Virus record (IMG/VR): IMGVR_UViG_3300022723_000207
Span: 32,001-96,000 of that record
Reading direction: 5' to 3' (one strand)
DNA length: 64,000 bases
DNA from: a virus
Made by a program: the position numbers and the translations under genes. The first letter of the stretch is position 1. Each line of letters begins with the position of its first letter. Below, piece by piece: positions 17,819 through 28,526 of this stretch. The notes beneath the pieces were generated by a model. It saw only the letters and a program-made list of their open reading frames with translations, did no database searches and was not told the DNA's origin.

Positions 17819-19503
17819 ATGACTTTAATACAATAATTGATCTACCGATTAGCCCAGAAGAGATTGGCGTTAGTTTGCCGCCGTCGCAGTTGCGTCGTAT
17901 CGATTTTTCAGCCTTAGATTTTGAAGCTCTTAGGAGAATGGGAGTTGAATATGTAAGAACATATTTCCCAGAAGACTTCAATGATTTTACAATTAGTAAT
18001 GGGTTTGTATTATTTCTAGAAATAGTTTCGGCTGTTGGTAATGTTATATCGGAACGGTCAGATATAATTGCTGATGAGTCATTCCTTCCTACAGCACAAT
18101 CTAGGACAGCAGTTGCCAATCATTTAGAACTGATTGGCCAAATGCTTCGTAGGGCATCTGCTGCTACGGTTGAGATAGAATGTAGCCTAGCAGTTCCTGC
18201 CGCTTTCGATGTCACAATTCCAGCGGGCCTTATTTTTACGGTTTCTGGCCCAGATGGCTCACCAGTGGCCTATGAGTTATATGGTGCACCTGGTGACTTT
18301 GAGACTGATTTAGTGATTCCAAGAGGTAAGCGTGGCGTAATCGGATTCGCTATTGAAGGAAGGTTTGCATCTCCAATCACTCAGATTAGCAATGGTGAGC
18401 CTAATCAGTTTGTTGATATTGTTGGTTCCAATATTTTAGAATCTCCGATCACTGTAGAAGTCGCCAGTGGGTCTACTGCCACTTTGTGGTCGAGGGTCGA
18501 TTTTATTGAGCAATCTGATGCTAATGATGATGTGTTTGAAGTCAGATTTTTGGAAGATAGAGCAAGAGTAATATTTGGCGACGACCAGAATGGTAAGATA
18601 CCAATTTCTGGGCAAGTCATTACGGTAAATCATAGGACTGGTGGTGGTATTCGCGGGCGTATTGGCTCTGGCATCATTAATGAAACCAGACCAATTGGAC
18701 AAACAGGATTTGCTACTCAGACCGTTCTTTTCAGGAATGTGGAACCTTCTATTGGCGGTCAAGACCAAGAATCTTTAAGTAGCGCTAAGAAGAGGGCTCC
18801 GAGAACGTTTGCGATTCATAATAATGTTGCCACATCAGAAGATTATATCTCAATATCTGAGACGTTTGCGCATCCAGCTTTTGGCGCTATCCAGAAGGCT
18901 TCAGCAGCCATTAGGACTGGTATTGATAATGACGTAGATGACGTAGTTAAAGCTGTTCGTTCTGCCCCTACGTTGGAGGCTGCAAAAACGTATTTGTTAG
19001 GAAATTATGTTAATAGAAATATCGTAGAGTTATACGTTTTGCAAGAGGACGAGAATGTACCAATCGCTCCGAATAAGGGGCTAAAGGAAGCTTTAAAGAC
19101 TAGGATTGAAGACATCAATGTGTTTACAGACGAGGTGCGTGTATTAGACGGCAGCATTAGGCCAATTAATATTAGTGCTACTGTTACTGTCTCACGAAAT
19201 GTCGATGCCACATTAGTTAAGGAACAAGTAGACCTTGCTATAGCTGGTGTGTTTAATATTAATGAAATAGAGATGGGCGAGAGCTTTAATAGGAGTGATT
19301 TGATTAGAGCTATTTCTAATGTTGCTGGTGTTGCCGCTGTTGATTTGTTTGAACCAGCTGATGATTTCCCATCTCTAGGTACTATTGTTGACTCTAGTAT
19401 TCCTGTCGAAGATAGGCCGCAAGGTATAGGCATTAATGAATTGTTTGTGCTGGGGTCACAGAACCTTCAATATTTCTTAGAACGTGGAAATTTGAATACG
19501 TAA
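17815..19503 (+). CDS. gp6: baseplate wedge protein, gp6/baseplate J-like
   Basis: IDFSALDFE, ESFLPTAQSR, FGDDQNGKIP, GGQDQES...KRAP...ATSEDY. Confidence 0.85.
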   Translation: MNDFNTIIDLPISPEEIGVSLPPSQLRRIDFSALDFEALRRMGVEYVRTYFPEDFNDFTISNGFVLFLEIVSAVGNVISERSDIIADESFLPTAQSRTAVANHLELIGQMLRRASAATVEIECSLAVPAAFDVTIPAGLIFTVSGPDGSPVAYELYGAPGDFETDLVIPRGKRGVIGFAIEGRFASPITQISNGEPNQFVDIVGSNILESPITVEVASGSTATLWSRVDFIEQSDANDDVFEVRFLEDRARVIFGDDQNGKIPISGQVITVNHRTGGGIRGRIGSGIINETRPIGQTGFATQTVLFRNVEPSIGGQDQESLSSAKKRAPRTFAIHNNVATSEDYISISETFAHPAFGAIQKASAAIRTGIDNDVDDVVKAVRSAPTLEAAKTYLLGNYVNRNIVELYVLQEDENVPIAPNKGLKEALKTRIEDINVFTDEVRVLDGSIRPINISATVTVSRNVDATLVKEQVDLAIAGVFNINEIEMGESFNRSDLIRAISNVAGVAAVDLFEPADDFPSLGTIVDSSIPVEDRPQGIGINELFVLGSQNLQYFLERGNLNT

Positions 19504-19509
19504 AATATA
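19502..19509 (+). promoter_or_regulatory. candidate late promoter nAAAnnTA, 4 nt before the start codon (representative copy)
   Basis: Same motif and 4-nt spacing at 20288, 21728, 22313, 29745, 36715 and 42519; with longer leaders at 4736, 25007, 31351, 44233 and 50134. Confidence 0.6.
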
Positions 19510-19513
19510 GAGT

Positions 19514-20263
19514 ATGATTTGTGGACCTAACGGCCCAGGCGGGCAAGGGTGTGGTGCGGTTCTTCAGTTGGATACTAATCCAACTAAATTAGAGGTTTTA
19601 GCGCATTTTGGTCATCCCAATGTGCGTGTTGAAATAACTGAAGAACAGTTTCAGACTATTTTTAGAAGTGCTGGTGATTTTATTGCTGGATACTTTCCAT
19701 TTGAAGAACAAATTGCCACTTTTTACACCAAGCCCCTTGTAAACGAATATGATCTTCCTCCTAATGCGTATTGGATAAAGCAAGTTAAATGGGATCCAGC
19801 AGTAACTCGAATAGGCGATATATTTGGCGCTGAATCGTTTTTATTTAATATAGGTAATATAACCGGTTTGCAAGGATTGTTGTTAGATTATCATTTATTG
19901 CAAGCATACCGCAAGTTTAGTCAAAGAATACTAGGCACTGAAGGTAGGTGGGAAGTAAAAGGAAATAACAAGATAAGGTTACTGCCAATACCCCGTGGAA
20001 CATTTCCTGTGTTTGTAGAGTATTTTCCATGTGTCAATGAATTTAGAACACCTTGGGCTAAAGAGTTACTTAGAAGATACGTAATTGCGGAAGCTTCTAT
20101 GGTTATTGGTCACACTAGAGCTAGGCGTGCTTTGCCAACCCCCGATGGTGGGACTACTACATTTAATGGTGAAGATTTGTTGTCGTGGGGTCGTGATGAG
20201 AAACGTAAGGTTGAAGAAGAAGCTATTAAGTATGGTGAACCTCCTGGGATTTACCCATATTAG
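19514..20263 (+). CDS. gp13: neck protein, gp13-like
   Basis: LAHFGHPNVRVEITEEQ; TPDGGTTTFNGE...E..KVEEE. Confidence 0.75.
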   Translation: MICGPNGPGGQGCGAVLQLDTNPTKLEVLAHFGHPNVRVEITEEQFQTIFRSAGDFIAGYFPFEEQIATFYTKPLVNEYDLPPNAYWIKQVKWDPAVTRIGDIFGAESFLFNIGNITGLQGLLLDYHLLQAYRKFSQRILGTEGRWEVKGNNKIRLLPIPRGTFPVFVEYFPCVNEFRTPWAKELLRRYVIAEASMVIGHTRARRALPTPDGGTTTFNGEDLLSWGRDEKRKVEEEAIKYGEPPGIYPY

Positions 20264-20299
20264 AATTTACTGAAATGTTTCCTATATCAAAAATATTTT

Positions 20300-21730
20300 A
20301 TGGAATTTGTACCGATAGCTTTAAAAGATTTGGCAGACAAATACCAAAATGGTAGTTCGCTGAGATCTTTAGCGAAAGAATTTGGAACATCTAAATTAAC
20401 TATAAAAAGGAAATTGCAAAAAGCGGGAATTCCTGTTTTGAGTTCTAAAGAATTTATACAAAACAATAAAGAAAAACATAGACGGCAGTCATCTAATAGA
20501 TATAATTACGATCAAAAAATATTTGATGATTACCATAAAGAAAATAAATCTATAAACCAGATAATTAATTTTTATGATGTATCTGAATCAAAAGTTCGTA
20601 GAATTATTGGCACTACAAGAATAATTGATGGTAATTACATAGCTTCTAGGTTTGCTGATATTTATAATGAAGTAAAGCCGGATTGGATTGATAGTGACAA
20701 TTTGTATAATTTATATTATAATGAAAAATGGTCTATTTCTGATATTGCCAAACATTACGGGTATGATGAAGAATCTATTAGACAAGCATTTATTAAATAT
20801 GGAATTAAAAGAAGGAGCACATCAGAAGCCACTTTTTTATGTAATAAAAATAAGAATTATGAGTCTGGATTAGAAGCAGTTGTTAAAAGAATATTAGATG
20901 ATAACAGCGTAAAATATGATAAAGTGATTTTTGGTGGTTATGAATTTGATTTTTTAATTGATAATAAACTATTATTGGAGATTAATGGTTTGTTTTATCA
21001 TTTAAATTGTGATAAGAAGGTTAAAAGAGATGAAGAAAAATATGAATATTGGCACAATAATCTTAGAGAAAAATATGACTTTAAAATATTATGGGAACAT
21101 TTCGCTGAGTCAGTTGGCTCTCTATATGATTTATTAAATAAGTGGATTGGTTTTAATAATGAATATATTGATAAAATCAATATAAGATTTGATAATATAT
21201 CATATAGCGAAGCTGATAATTTTTGTAAATCGTATCACTATCATAGAAAAACTAGAAAAGGTTGTTATTATGGCGCTTTTTATGATGGTGAAATGATCGG
21301 TGTTGCGGTGTTTTCATCGATAACTCGCAAGCAGTCTGCTGATAGATTAGGTGTTTTGACTACTCAAATCAAAGAACTAACTAGATTTTGTATTAATCCG
21401 CGTTTCAAATCTGATAATCTAGCATCGTTTTTGTTGGCAAAATTCGAAAAATTATTTAAAAAATATTCTAATAATACAACAATATTATTAACGTTTGCAG
21501 ATCAAACGACTGGTCATATAGGAACAGTGTATAAAGCATGTAATTGGATTCCTGATGGTGAAACAAAAGAATCTTATTACTATGAGAAAGGTGGCATGAG
21601 ATGGCACAAGAGAACCATATGGCAACATGCAAAGTCTTTAAAAATGAAAGAGATGGAGTTTGCATCGTTGTTTGGTATAAGTAGAGTTAACACTTTAAAG
21701 AAATATAGATTTATTAAGATGGTTAAGTAA
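20300..21730 (+). mobile_element. HTH + Vsr/DUF559-like endonuclease + Mom-like GNAT fusion (copy 1)
   Basis: Three HTH-like repeats; ESGLE...FDF...LEINGLFYH...LWEH; then YHY...YGAF...ELTRFC...NLAS...TFAD..GHIGTVYKACNW. Confidence 0.75.
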
Positions 21731-21739
21731 ATTTATTCT

Positions 21740-22321
21740 ATGAAACTGTCAGTTTTAAATGAAGGCGCTTGGGGTTATGGTCCTCTAGATAATGATGCTG
21801 CCTCTGATCGAAAATGGGAAATTGGTAGATCAGCAGTTGAAGGGCTATCAGATGATCTAATGAATAAATCTGATCCCAGAAAAATGTATCATGCTATTGG
21901 CTTGTGGCTTGATTTAGAGGATAGGCTGGAGACTAGACATTCATATTTAACTGATGATATTAAAGCTAAACATTTTGCATTAGCCAGAGAAGCAATCGAA
22001 TGGTTGCTTAATAATACTGGTGAACTCCATTATGATGAACCGTCAAAAGTAGAAAATATTCTCAAGCGGATGCAAGATTATATTGAATCTCAAGAGTTAG
22101 AGTTAGTTGAAAACATAGCACCTGATCACAAGGATATGCTTAAAAGCTTGTTCACTGATAACCCGATAATGTCCATGGCTTTAGAACCTAAAGAGGATAG
22201 TATTGAAGAATTAGAAGATGAAATTGGTGATGAAATAAGTCAGAAGTCATACGGTCAATCATCAAATTATCATCGTTTAAACACATATGGGAATGACGAT
22301 ATTAGGGGCAGCCAAAAATAA
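21740..22321 (+). CDS. DUF4259-like protein with an 8-aa N-terminal leader (possible internal head protein)
   Basis: MKLSVLNE|GAWGYGPLDNDAASD resembles the GAWG.GPFDND.A.D start of DUF4259. Confidence 0.55.
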   Translation: MKLSVLNEGAWGYGPLDNDAASDRKWEIGRSAVEGLSDDLMNKSDPRKMYHAIGLWLDLEDRLETRHSYLTDDIKAKHFALAREAIEWLLNNTGELHYDEPSKVENILKRMQDYIESQELELVENIAPDHKDMLKSLFTDNPIMSMALEPKEDSIEELEDEIGDEISQKSYGQSSNYHRLNTYGNDDIRGSQK

Positions 22322-22324
22322 AAT

Positions 22325-22753
22325 GTGGCCAATCCTATTGTAATTAAGAATCGTTTGTTGGTTATAGGTAATCGAGTACGTGTGCCTGGATTCGAGCCCC
22401 TATCTGAACAGACTACCAATAATTTATCTTTAGCGTTACAAGGTGCTAACACATTCATCGATTTGGATATCGCTTTAGATTTAATACCTGGATCTAGAGT
22501 AGTTGTTACGCATAATGGTGGCCCAACTGCTGGATCATTCGGGTTTGATAAATGGTTTGAGATTCCTAGTGGCCCCCCACCAAACGGGAACCAATGCCCA
22601 AATAATTGCATAAGGGACTCTTATAAGATATTACAAGACTATGCTCGTTCTTCATTATCCTCCTTACAGCAATCGACATTGGTGCAAGAGTGTAATAAAC
22701 TTGGCGAGTTTGGTCAGTGTGATTTTGATGAATTTGATAGGGGGCTTACATGA
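22325..22753 (+). CDS. hypothetical virion-associated protein
   Basis: In the neck gene cluster; late-promoter-like motif upstream. Confidence 0.55.
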   Translation: MANPIVIKNRLLVIGNRVRVPGFEPLSEQTTNNLSLALQGANTFIDLDIALDLIPGSRVVVTHNGGPTAGSFGFDKWFEIPSGPPPNGNQCPNNCIRDSYKILQDYARSSLSSLQQSTLVQECNKLGEFGQCDFDEFDRGLT

Positions 22754-23328
22754 GTGAGTTTCCAGAATACAGCAGTTTGGATCAGCAGCAGGATTTTAGA
22801 GATCCTGATGCGTCACAAATATCAATATTCGATCCAAATAATCCAGATATCGCGTTCATGGAGCGCGAAGCTTTTAATTATATTCATGAATCTGGCGCTC
22901 CAACTAAGATCTATCTAAGAACAAATGATTTAGGTAATGTCGATGAAGTATGGGAAGAAGATAATAACCCAATATACGATTTGCCTATCACTATTAAGGG
23001 CCAATTTGTTCCTGAGAAAATGAGTATGGCTCTCAATAAATTCGGTGTTGAAAATAATGCCCAATTTGAGATCCACTATTCGAGAGCAGAGCTATTTCAT
23101 ACCTTTAATACCAGAATGATTCGGTCTGGTGATATCATACAGATACCATATAATACATTAATTCAAACTCAGAATACAGAATTTATCGATGGTCAGTTTG
23201 GATTGGCAGATAAATTTAGGGTAATTAGTGCCACCGATACTGGTAATTTTAATTATCGATGGCTTTATTGGTCATGTACCGTTGAACTACTGACAGGCAA
23301 CTTTACTGTGAGGCCAGAGAATGGCTGA
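22750..23328 (+). CDS. gp14: neck/head-closure protein, gp14-like
   Basis: VWEEDNNPIY, LNKFGVE, IRSGDIIQIP; position between gp13 and gp15. Confidence 0.65.
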   Translation: MSEFPEYSSLDQQQDFRDPDASQISIFDPNNPDIAFMEREAFNYIHESGAPTKIYLRTNDLGNVDEVWEEDNNPIYDLPITIKGQFVPEKMSMALNKFGVENNAQFEIHYSRAELFHTFNTRMIRSGDIIQIPYNTLIQTQNTEFIDGQFGLADKFRVISATDTGNFNYRWLYWSCTVELLTGNFTVRPENG

Positions 23329-23590
23329 ATTGCGTACTAACTGGGATCTAGTTAAGCAGCAGATGTTAAATGAGACTTCTAAAGTCTTGCGTAATTTTGG
23401 TAGACGTGCCGTAAGTGATTTTGAAAATCGATTAAAAAAGAAAGGAGTAGACCCTACTAAAATGACTAAATCATCAGATGGAATTGCTTTTATTACTGAT
23501 GATCAACAAGAATATGAATCTGGTAAGGTTTATTTTAGTGAGGTTTATGAGGAAGTAAGCGACAAGAAGTGGCCGGAATCTATATTATGA
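23321..23590 (+). CDS. hypothetical protein
   Basis: 89-aa ORF overlapping both neighbours. Confidence 0.5.
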   Translation: MAELRTNWDLVKQQMLNETSKVLRNFGRRAVSDFENRLKKKGVDPTKMTKSSDGIAFITDDQQEYESGKVYFSEVYEEVSDKKWPESIL

Positions 23591-24528
23591 CAATCCATGA
23601 ATTTGACTTCCCTTCTTTTAATACTGGGCAGGAGGAACAGCAAAGTTTTGTTCCTAAACCTAAGATTGATAATGATTTGCCTGGAGAAAGAGAAACACCA
23701 ATTATAGATGATGTGGGTGATCCAGGTGCTCGTATAAATGATGAACGGAATTTAGAGGATTGTCAACCTTGCAGTTATGTTGATGAAGATAGAATTGATG
23801 TAAATTTTGTTGAGGATGTCAGAGAAACCTATCCGATTGGATTTAAGTTAATGGATAGGGGGATTAAGAACTATTTCTCTGGAATTAGGATACCTGTAGG
23901 TAGCGGTGCTGAACACTATACGATTTTACCAGTTCGTATTACGGCTGCTGACCCAGATACTCTGATTTATTCGGACCAGCACCTCCGTGGCGGCAGGATT
24001 GAATATCCATTTTTGGCGATCACTAGAACAGATGAAAGTTTTGATAATAAGCGTTATAGCCCGCCAATAAGGCCTATTTTTAGGCACATGTTAAAAAGCG
24101 GCAAAAAATCAGAGCTAGTTTATCGTCCAGCTCCTTATCTTATTGACTATACTTTAGACATAGTGGCGGAGCATAAGAGTGAAGCAGAATATGCTCTGTT
24201 TTCAATTATTGCTAAGTTAAATCCGATTGGGTCTTTCTTTTTAGAGGAGAGATCTATGGGTATGGCCCATGAGGTTATATTACATCCTGGAAGCAGTACT
24301 GATAATAGTGATCTAGAGACAGATGCTAATACTAGGCAGTATATTAGGAAAACGATTACTTTGAAGATGGAAGGTTGGTTGCCTACTCCGACTAAAGTTG
24401 TTCCCAATATATTGGCCAAGCCCTTGGCTATTAAAGAAGGTATTGGTCGCACACCTAGTGAAGTCAAAATTCCTGGAGAAACATTTGCTGTAATACGAGA
24501 TTCAGCTATCCCCCCAAGTGAGGATTAA
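23587..24528 (+). CDS. gp15: tail terminator / sheath stabiliser, gp15-like
   Basis: LPVRIT, YPFLAITR...D.KR, PAPY.I.YTL.I......A...I....NP. Confidence 0.65.
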   Translation: MTIHEFDFPSFNTGQEEQQSFVPKPKIDNDLPGERETPIIDDVGDPGARINDERNLEDCQPCSYVDEDRIDVNFVEDVRETYPIGFKLMDRGIKNYFSGIRIPVGSGAEHYTILPVRITAADPDTLIYSDQHLRGGRIEYPFLAITRTDESFDNKRYSPPIRPIFRHMLKSGKKSELVYRPAPYLIDYTLDIVAEHKSEAEYALFSIIAKLNPIGSFFLEERSMGMAHEVILHPGSSTDNSDLETDANTRQYIRKTITLKMEGWLPTPTKVVPNILAKPLAIKEGIGRTPSEVKIPGETFAVIRDSAIPPSED

Positions 24529-24529
24529 C

Positions 24530-24997
24530 ATGGTTCAACAAAAAGATAGACCCCTTACTGTTCGTGAGCTTCAGGCTCAGAAAAAACAAAAGAGAGAAGC
24601 AGAACAAAATAAAATCAGAATTCGTAACGTCACTAAGCTTCAACCTGTACCACTGCAACTATATGGCAAAGAATCAAAAGCTGCAGTCAATCAAATTACT
24701 ATTCATATTGGTCCTGGAAAATCTGTTGATTTACCTGAATATCGCTTAATTCCTGGTCAAATTATTAATCTTCGTAAGAAGAAATTAATTTCTACTACTA
24801 AGATGGGCGCGTCTGGTAAGACATTTAAAGATACAGACTACAAGCAATTTTTGCCTGCGGCGAAAAAAGCCCAAAAGGTTGATTTAACTAGATCTGGGAA
24901 GGGTGCCAAAGCGAGTTCAACTAAGGTCGAATCTAAAACCAATAAGTCTTCTAAAAAGAAGACTGATAAGATCACTAAGTCAGAACCGGCTGAATAG
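24530..24997 (+). CDS. basic hypothetical protein
   Basis: GAGGA RBS; Lys-rich C-terminus. Confidence 0.6.
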   Translation: MVQQKDRPLTVRELQAQKKQKREAEQNKIRIRNVTKLQPVPLQLYGKESKAAVNQITIHIGPGKSVDLPEYRLIPGQIINLRKKKLISTTKMGASGKTFKDTDYKQFLPAAKKAQKVDLTRSGKGAKASSTKVESKTNKSSKKKTDKITKSEPAE

Positions 24998-25037
24998 TGA
25001 CTTCAGCAAAAATATTATAAAGTTTACGGAGTAAGCG

Positions 25038-27905
25038 ATGGCGACGTTTCTAAGTCCTGCAGTTTTTGTGAATGAAATCGACCTGAGCGCCCTCCCAGGC
25101 GGATCAAGCGGTATCATTCCTGCTTTTATTGGCACTGCTAATAAGGGTCCGGTAAATGAGCCTCAGGTCATTACTAATGCGCAACAGTTTGTAGATTCTT
25201 TTGGGAATCCTTTCCCAGAGAGTTTCTTGGGGTATGCTGTAATTGCATATCTTGAGGAAGGAAATGTCGCTTGGGTTAATAGGGTTGGTGTTGAATGTGA
25301 AGATGGCCAAGTAGAAGAATTAGATAGCATTTGCATAGATACTTCTGGAAATCAGGGTAAAGGTTGGGGTCGCATTCCAATCTACCAGAATATCGATTTT
25401 GGTAAAATCTGTAGTCGTGATATTGATGATGGTTTTAGTTTTCATGATCAGTCTATCACTTTTGTCGAGTTCAATGATGCGATTGTTAACGATGTAACTT
25501 TTGGTCCTACTGCTGCTACATTAACATTCACTGGTACTGATTACACTGCTCCTATCGATGATGAATTCTTAGTGATCATCACTACTGCCCCAACTACTGT
25601 TGGTAGCGTTATGGATGGTGCAGGATACTCTGTTATTCGCAGCTCAGATGGTCTTGAGGTTGATTCAGGGGCCATTGTCGAGAGTGGTACACCAGGCACC
25701 AGCGAAGACATTGCGTTGAGTGATGGTATAATCGTTCAAATTGTGGTGTCCGCAGGCACACTGGACGTTAATGATAGCTTCCGGTTTAGTGTGGAGCCTG
25801 ATAATCGTTCATTCTCATTCAATGTGACTGATAATGTGACTCGTTGTGGATTTAGAGATCCTAGTGATGTTGAAACTTTCAGTCTTACTGGCGATTATAC
25901 AGATGTTGAGGTTTTAGTAACTGATATCTTGGCTATCTCTGGGTTCTCGGCTGAGGATTATACTGTAGTAGTGGACGGCGATACTATCTGCTTTAGAACT
26001 GAGAATAATGGTGATGCGATTCAGCTAGTAGGATCTGAAGCTTTTGCATTAGAGATCGGTCAGAGCCTCTACGCCTTTGATATTCCTAGGTCTAATCTAG
26101 TAGGAATTCAGCCTGAACCTTTCGATATTACCTCTGATAATAGCACTGCTAAGTTTGAGGTTGAGTCTAATACTGGCAAGACACAGTTCACCGCGACTAT
26201 TCCAGTAGGGTTCGATATTCCAGCAGCTACAATTGCCTCGGCAATTAATGCTGCTGCGACTGTTTCTGGCGACACATTAGTTTGTTCTTATCCGCTGACG
26301 ATCCCAGGTGGTGATGTTGTTCTAGTGGTTGAAACCACGGTTGATCACCAACTAGATCAGCTCAAATTGTTAGCTAATGGTAGTAATATCTCTTCGGTAA
26401 GATTCGCTGAAGAGGTTGGGTTTATTTTCCCATATACTGAAAACTTTAGAGGTTTCTTCGATTCTCGCACTATTCTTCCTGAGGGCGGCGAGGTGACAGA
26501 AGAGACTCCCCTCTCCTGCGAGGAATTCTTGGATGGTGACTCCAGTCAAGAGGCTCAATGTACGTTAGATGCTGCGTACTATGCCAACATTGTTGGTTGG
26601 TTTGTGGCTACCTCTGCAGGCACTTGGGTTGACAGTTACACGCTTGATCTAGAGAGATTTGAGGGAGATGTCACAGAGCCTGGTAGGTTTACTCTTAAAC
26701 TTTATGATAATCAAGATGTGTTGATCTTCCGTCTGGATGATTTCAGTTTCAATCCGGGTAGTGATGCTTATATTGGAGATCAGATTAATCCTGGCACCAG
26801 TGGTGGTGGCGTTAATGGCAACGAATTCATTAATTGGATTAATCGTCCTGATTTCTTAGGTGGTGACGCCACCAGTGATGATTTTGAGGATCGTGAGCCA
26901 GCTTCCTTCTTCAATCGGGAGTTTGCTGGACAAGCCAATGGCATCCCGGCTGATCCTGCCTTTAGCAGTGAATTAGATCGTGCCATTATTGGTAATCCTG
27001 CGTTGCAGACTGGTCTGTTCAAATTCTCTGATCCAGAACGCTTTGATATTAGCCTATTGGCTGCCCCTGGCTTTAGCAGCGGGGCAGTGATTACAACGGG
27101 CATTTCAATTGCTACTCAGCGTGGTGATGTCCTTTATCTGGTGGATGCTCCATTCGGCTTGAATGCGCAGCAGGTTGTTGACTGGCATAATGGCCTTCTG
27201 TTCAATGACTTACAAGCCGCGCTTAATAGTAGCTATGGCGCTTTGTACTACCCATATGTGAAGATCAGTGATCAGTTTAATGGGGGCAATATCTTCACAC
27301 CTCCATCAGGCCATGTTGCTTCGGTATTCGCACGCACAGAGCGTGAGAATGAGCAATGGTTCGCACCAGCTGGTCTGCGTAGAGGTAAACTAAGTCAGGC
27401 TCTAGATCTTGAGATCGACGTAACTCGTGGTGAAAGAGATCTTCTCTACGGTCTGAATAATGCGGTCAATCCGCTTGTCAATTTCCCTCAGCGTGGCATT
27501 CATGTTTGGGGTCAGAGAACTTTACAGAGGCTGGATAGTGCGCTCGATCGCATCAATGTTCGTATGCTCTTATCCTTCATTAAGAAGGGCTTGGCTGGAC
27601 CTAATGGCCTGCTTAATGATTTCATCTTTGAACAGAACGATGAAATCACTCGTTCATCTGTCACGTCGGTCGTGTCCGGATTTATGGGTGATATTCAGGC
27701 AAGAAGGGGTGTTACTGGTTTCCGCGTGATTTGCGATGAGACTAATAATACTCCAGTGCGTATTGATAGGAATGAGCTTCATGTCGCTCTTCTTATTAAG
27801 CCGACTCGCGTTGCCGAATTTATCGTCTTAAACATTGCTGTGCTTCGCACTGATCAGAGCTTCTCTAGTGAAGAGGTTCTGGCTGCTGCTGGCGTGGTAG
27901 TCTAA
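25038..27905 (+). CDS. gp18: contractile tail sheath protein
   Basis: FLSPAVFVNEIDLS, FIGTANKGP, PPSGHVA, WFAPAGLRRG, WGQRTL, RINVRML, FEQND, KPTRVAEFI. Confidence 0.95.
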   Translation: MATFLSPAVFVNEIDLSALPGGSSGIIPAFIGTANKGPVNEPQVITNAQQFVDSFGNPFPESFLGYAVIAYLEEGNVAWVNRVGVECEDGQVEELDSICIDTSGNQGKGWGRIPIYQNIDFGKICSRDIDDGFSFHDQSITFVEFNDAIVNDVTFGPTAATLTFTGTDYTAPIDDEFLVIITTAPTTVGSVMDGAGYSVIRSSDGLEVDSGAIVESGTPGTSEDIALSDGIIVQIVVSAGTLDVNDSFRFSVEPDNRSFSFNVTDNVTRCGFRDPSDVETFSLTGDYTDVEVLVTDILAISGFSAEDYTVVVDGDTICFRTENNGDAIQLVGSEAFALEIGQSLYAFDIPRSNLVGIQPEPFDITSDNSTAKFEVESNTGKTQFTATIPVGFDIPAATIASAINAAATVSGDTLVCSYPLTIPGGDVVLVVETTVDHQLDQLKLLANGSNISSVRFAEEVGFIFPYTENFRGFFDSRTILPEGGEVTEETPLSCEEFLDGDSSQEAQCTLDAAYYANIVGWFVATSAGTWVDSYTLDLERFEGDVTEPGRFTLKLYDNQDVLIFRLDDFSFNPGSDAYIGDQINPGTSGGGVNGNEFINWINRPDFLGGDATSDDFEDREPASFFNREFAGQANGIPADPAFSSELDRAIIGNPALQTGLFKFSDPERFDISLLAAPGFSSGAVITTGISIATQRGDVLYLVDAPFGLNAQQVVDWHNGLLFNDLQAALNSSYGALYYPYVKISDQFNGGNIFTPPSGHVASVFARTERENEQWFAPAGLRRGKLSQALDLEIDVTRGERDLLYGLNNAVNPLVNFPQRGIHVWGQRTLQRLDSALDRINVRMLLSFIKKGLAGPNGLLNDFIFEQNDEITRSSVTSVVSGFMGDIQARRGVTGFRVICDETNNTPVRIDRNELHVALLIKPTRVAEFIVLNIAVLRTDQSFSSEEVLAAAGVVV

Positions 27906-27915
27906 GGAGAAATAA

Positions 27916-28452
27916 ATGCCAGGATTCGCTATTCCTTATAGTGCTTCTCATGCTGGGCGGGATGCTCCGAATGCTCGTTCAGAGTCGAAAAGAAAGCATC
28001 GGTGGATTTTCACGGTTTTCTGGAATAACGACATCTCGTCACTCCAGAATAGTTCAGTTTATTTGCAGTCTGCTCAAAGGCCGCATGCAGTAACTGAAGA
28101 AGTCGTGATGCATCATGATGAAGAACAGGTGTATTTTGCTGGTAAGTATCATTGGGAGCCTCTTTCGTTGGTATTCTATGATGTTCAGGATCCAGTGAAT
28201 TCATCGCAGGCTATTTGGGATTGGTTTAATGCTGTTGTTGATGTCCCAAATGCCACTGTTGCATTGCCTTCAGATTACAAGAAACAGTGCAAACTTGATA
28301 TGACTGATGGCGCTGGTGGGTCGATCGAGTTATGGGAAATTGATAACTGTTGGCCAATCGATGTGAATTGGAATGATCTCGATTACACCAATACTGAAAT
28401 TCAGACTGTTGACGTTTCGATGAAGTTCGACAGAGCTAACAAGACTTCTTAG
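27916..28452 (+). CDS. gp19: tail tube protein
   Basis: KRKHRW, YFAGKYHWEPL..VFYD, WEIDNCWP, LDY; follows the sheath. Confidence 0.9.
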   Translation: MPGFAIPYSASHAGRDAPNARSESKRKHRWIFTVFWNNDISSLQNSSVYLQSAQRPHAVTEEVVMHHDEEQVYFAGKYHWEPLSLVFYDVQDPVNSSQAIWDWFNAVVDVPNATVALPSDYKKQCKLDMTDGAGGSIELWEIDNCWPIDVNWNDLDYTNTEIQTVDVSMKFDRANKTS

Positions 28453-28462
28453 CATAGTGTTT

Positions 28463-28493
28463 CTGATCCCCTCGCTTTTAGTGAGGGGATCAG
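28463..28493 (+). terminator. hairpin after the tail tube gene
   Basis: CTGATCCCCTCGCT-ttt-AGTGAGGGGATCAG, followed by TGTATT. Confidence 0.6.
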
Positions 28494-28526
28494 TGTATTC
28501 TGAAGTCTGTTGTTAGTAAATAGTGT

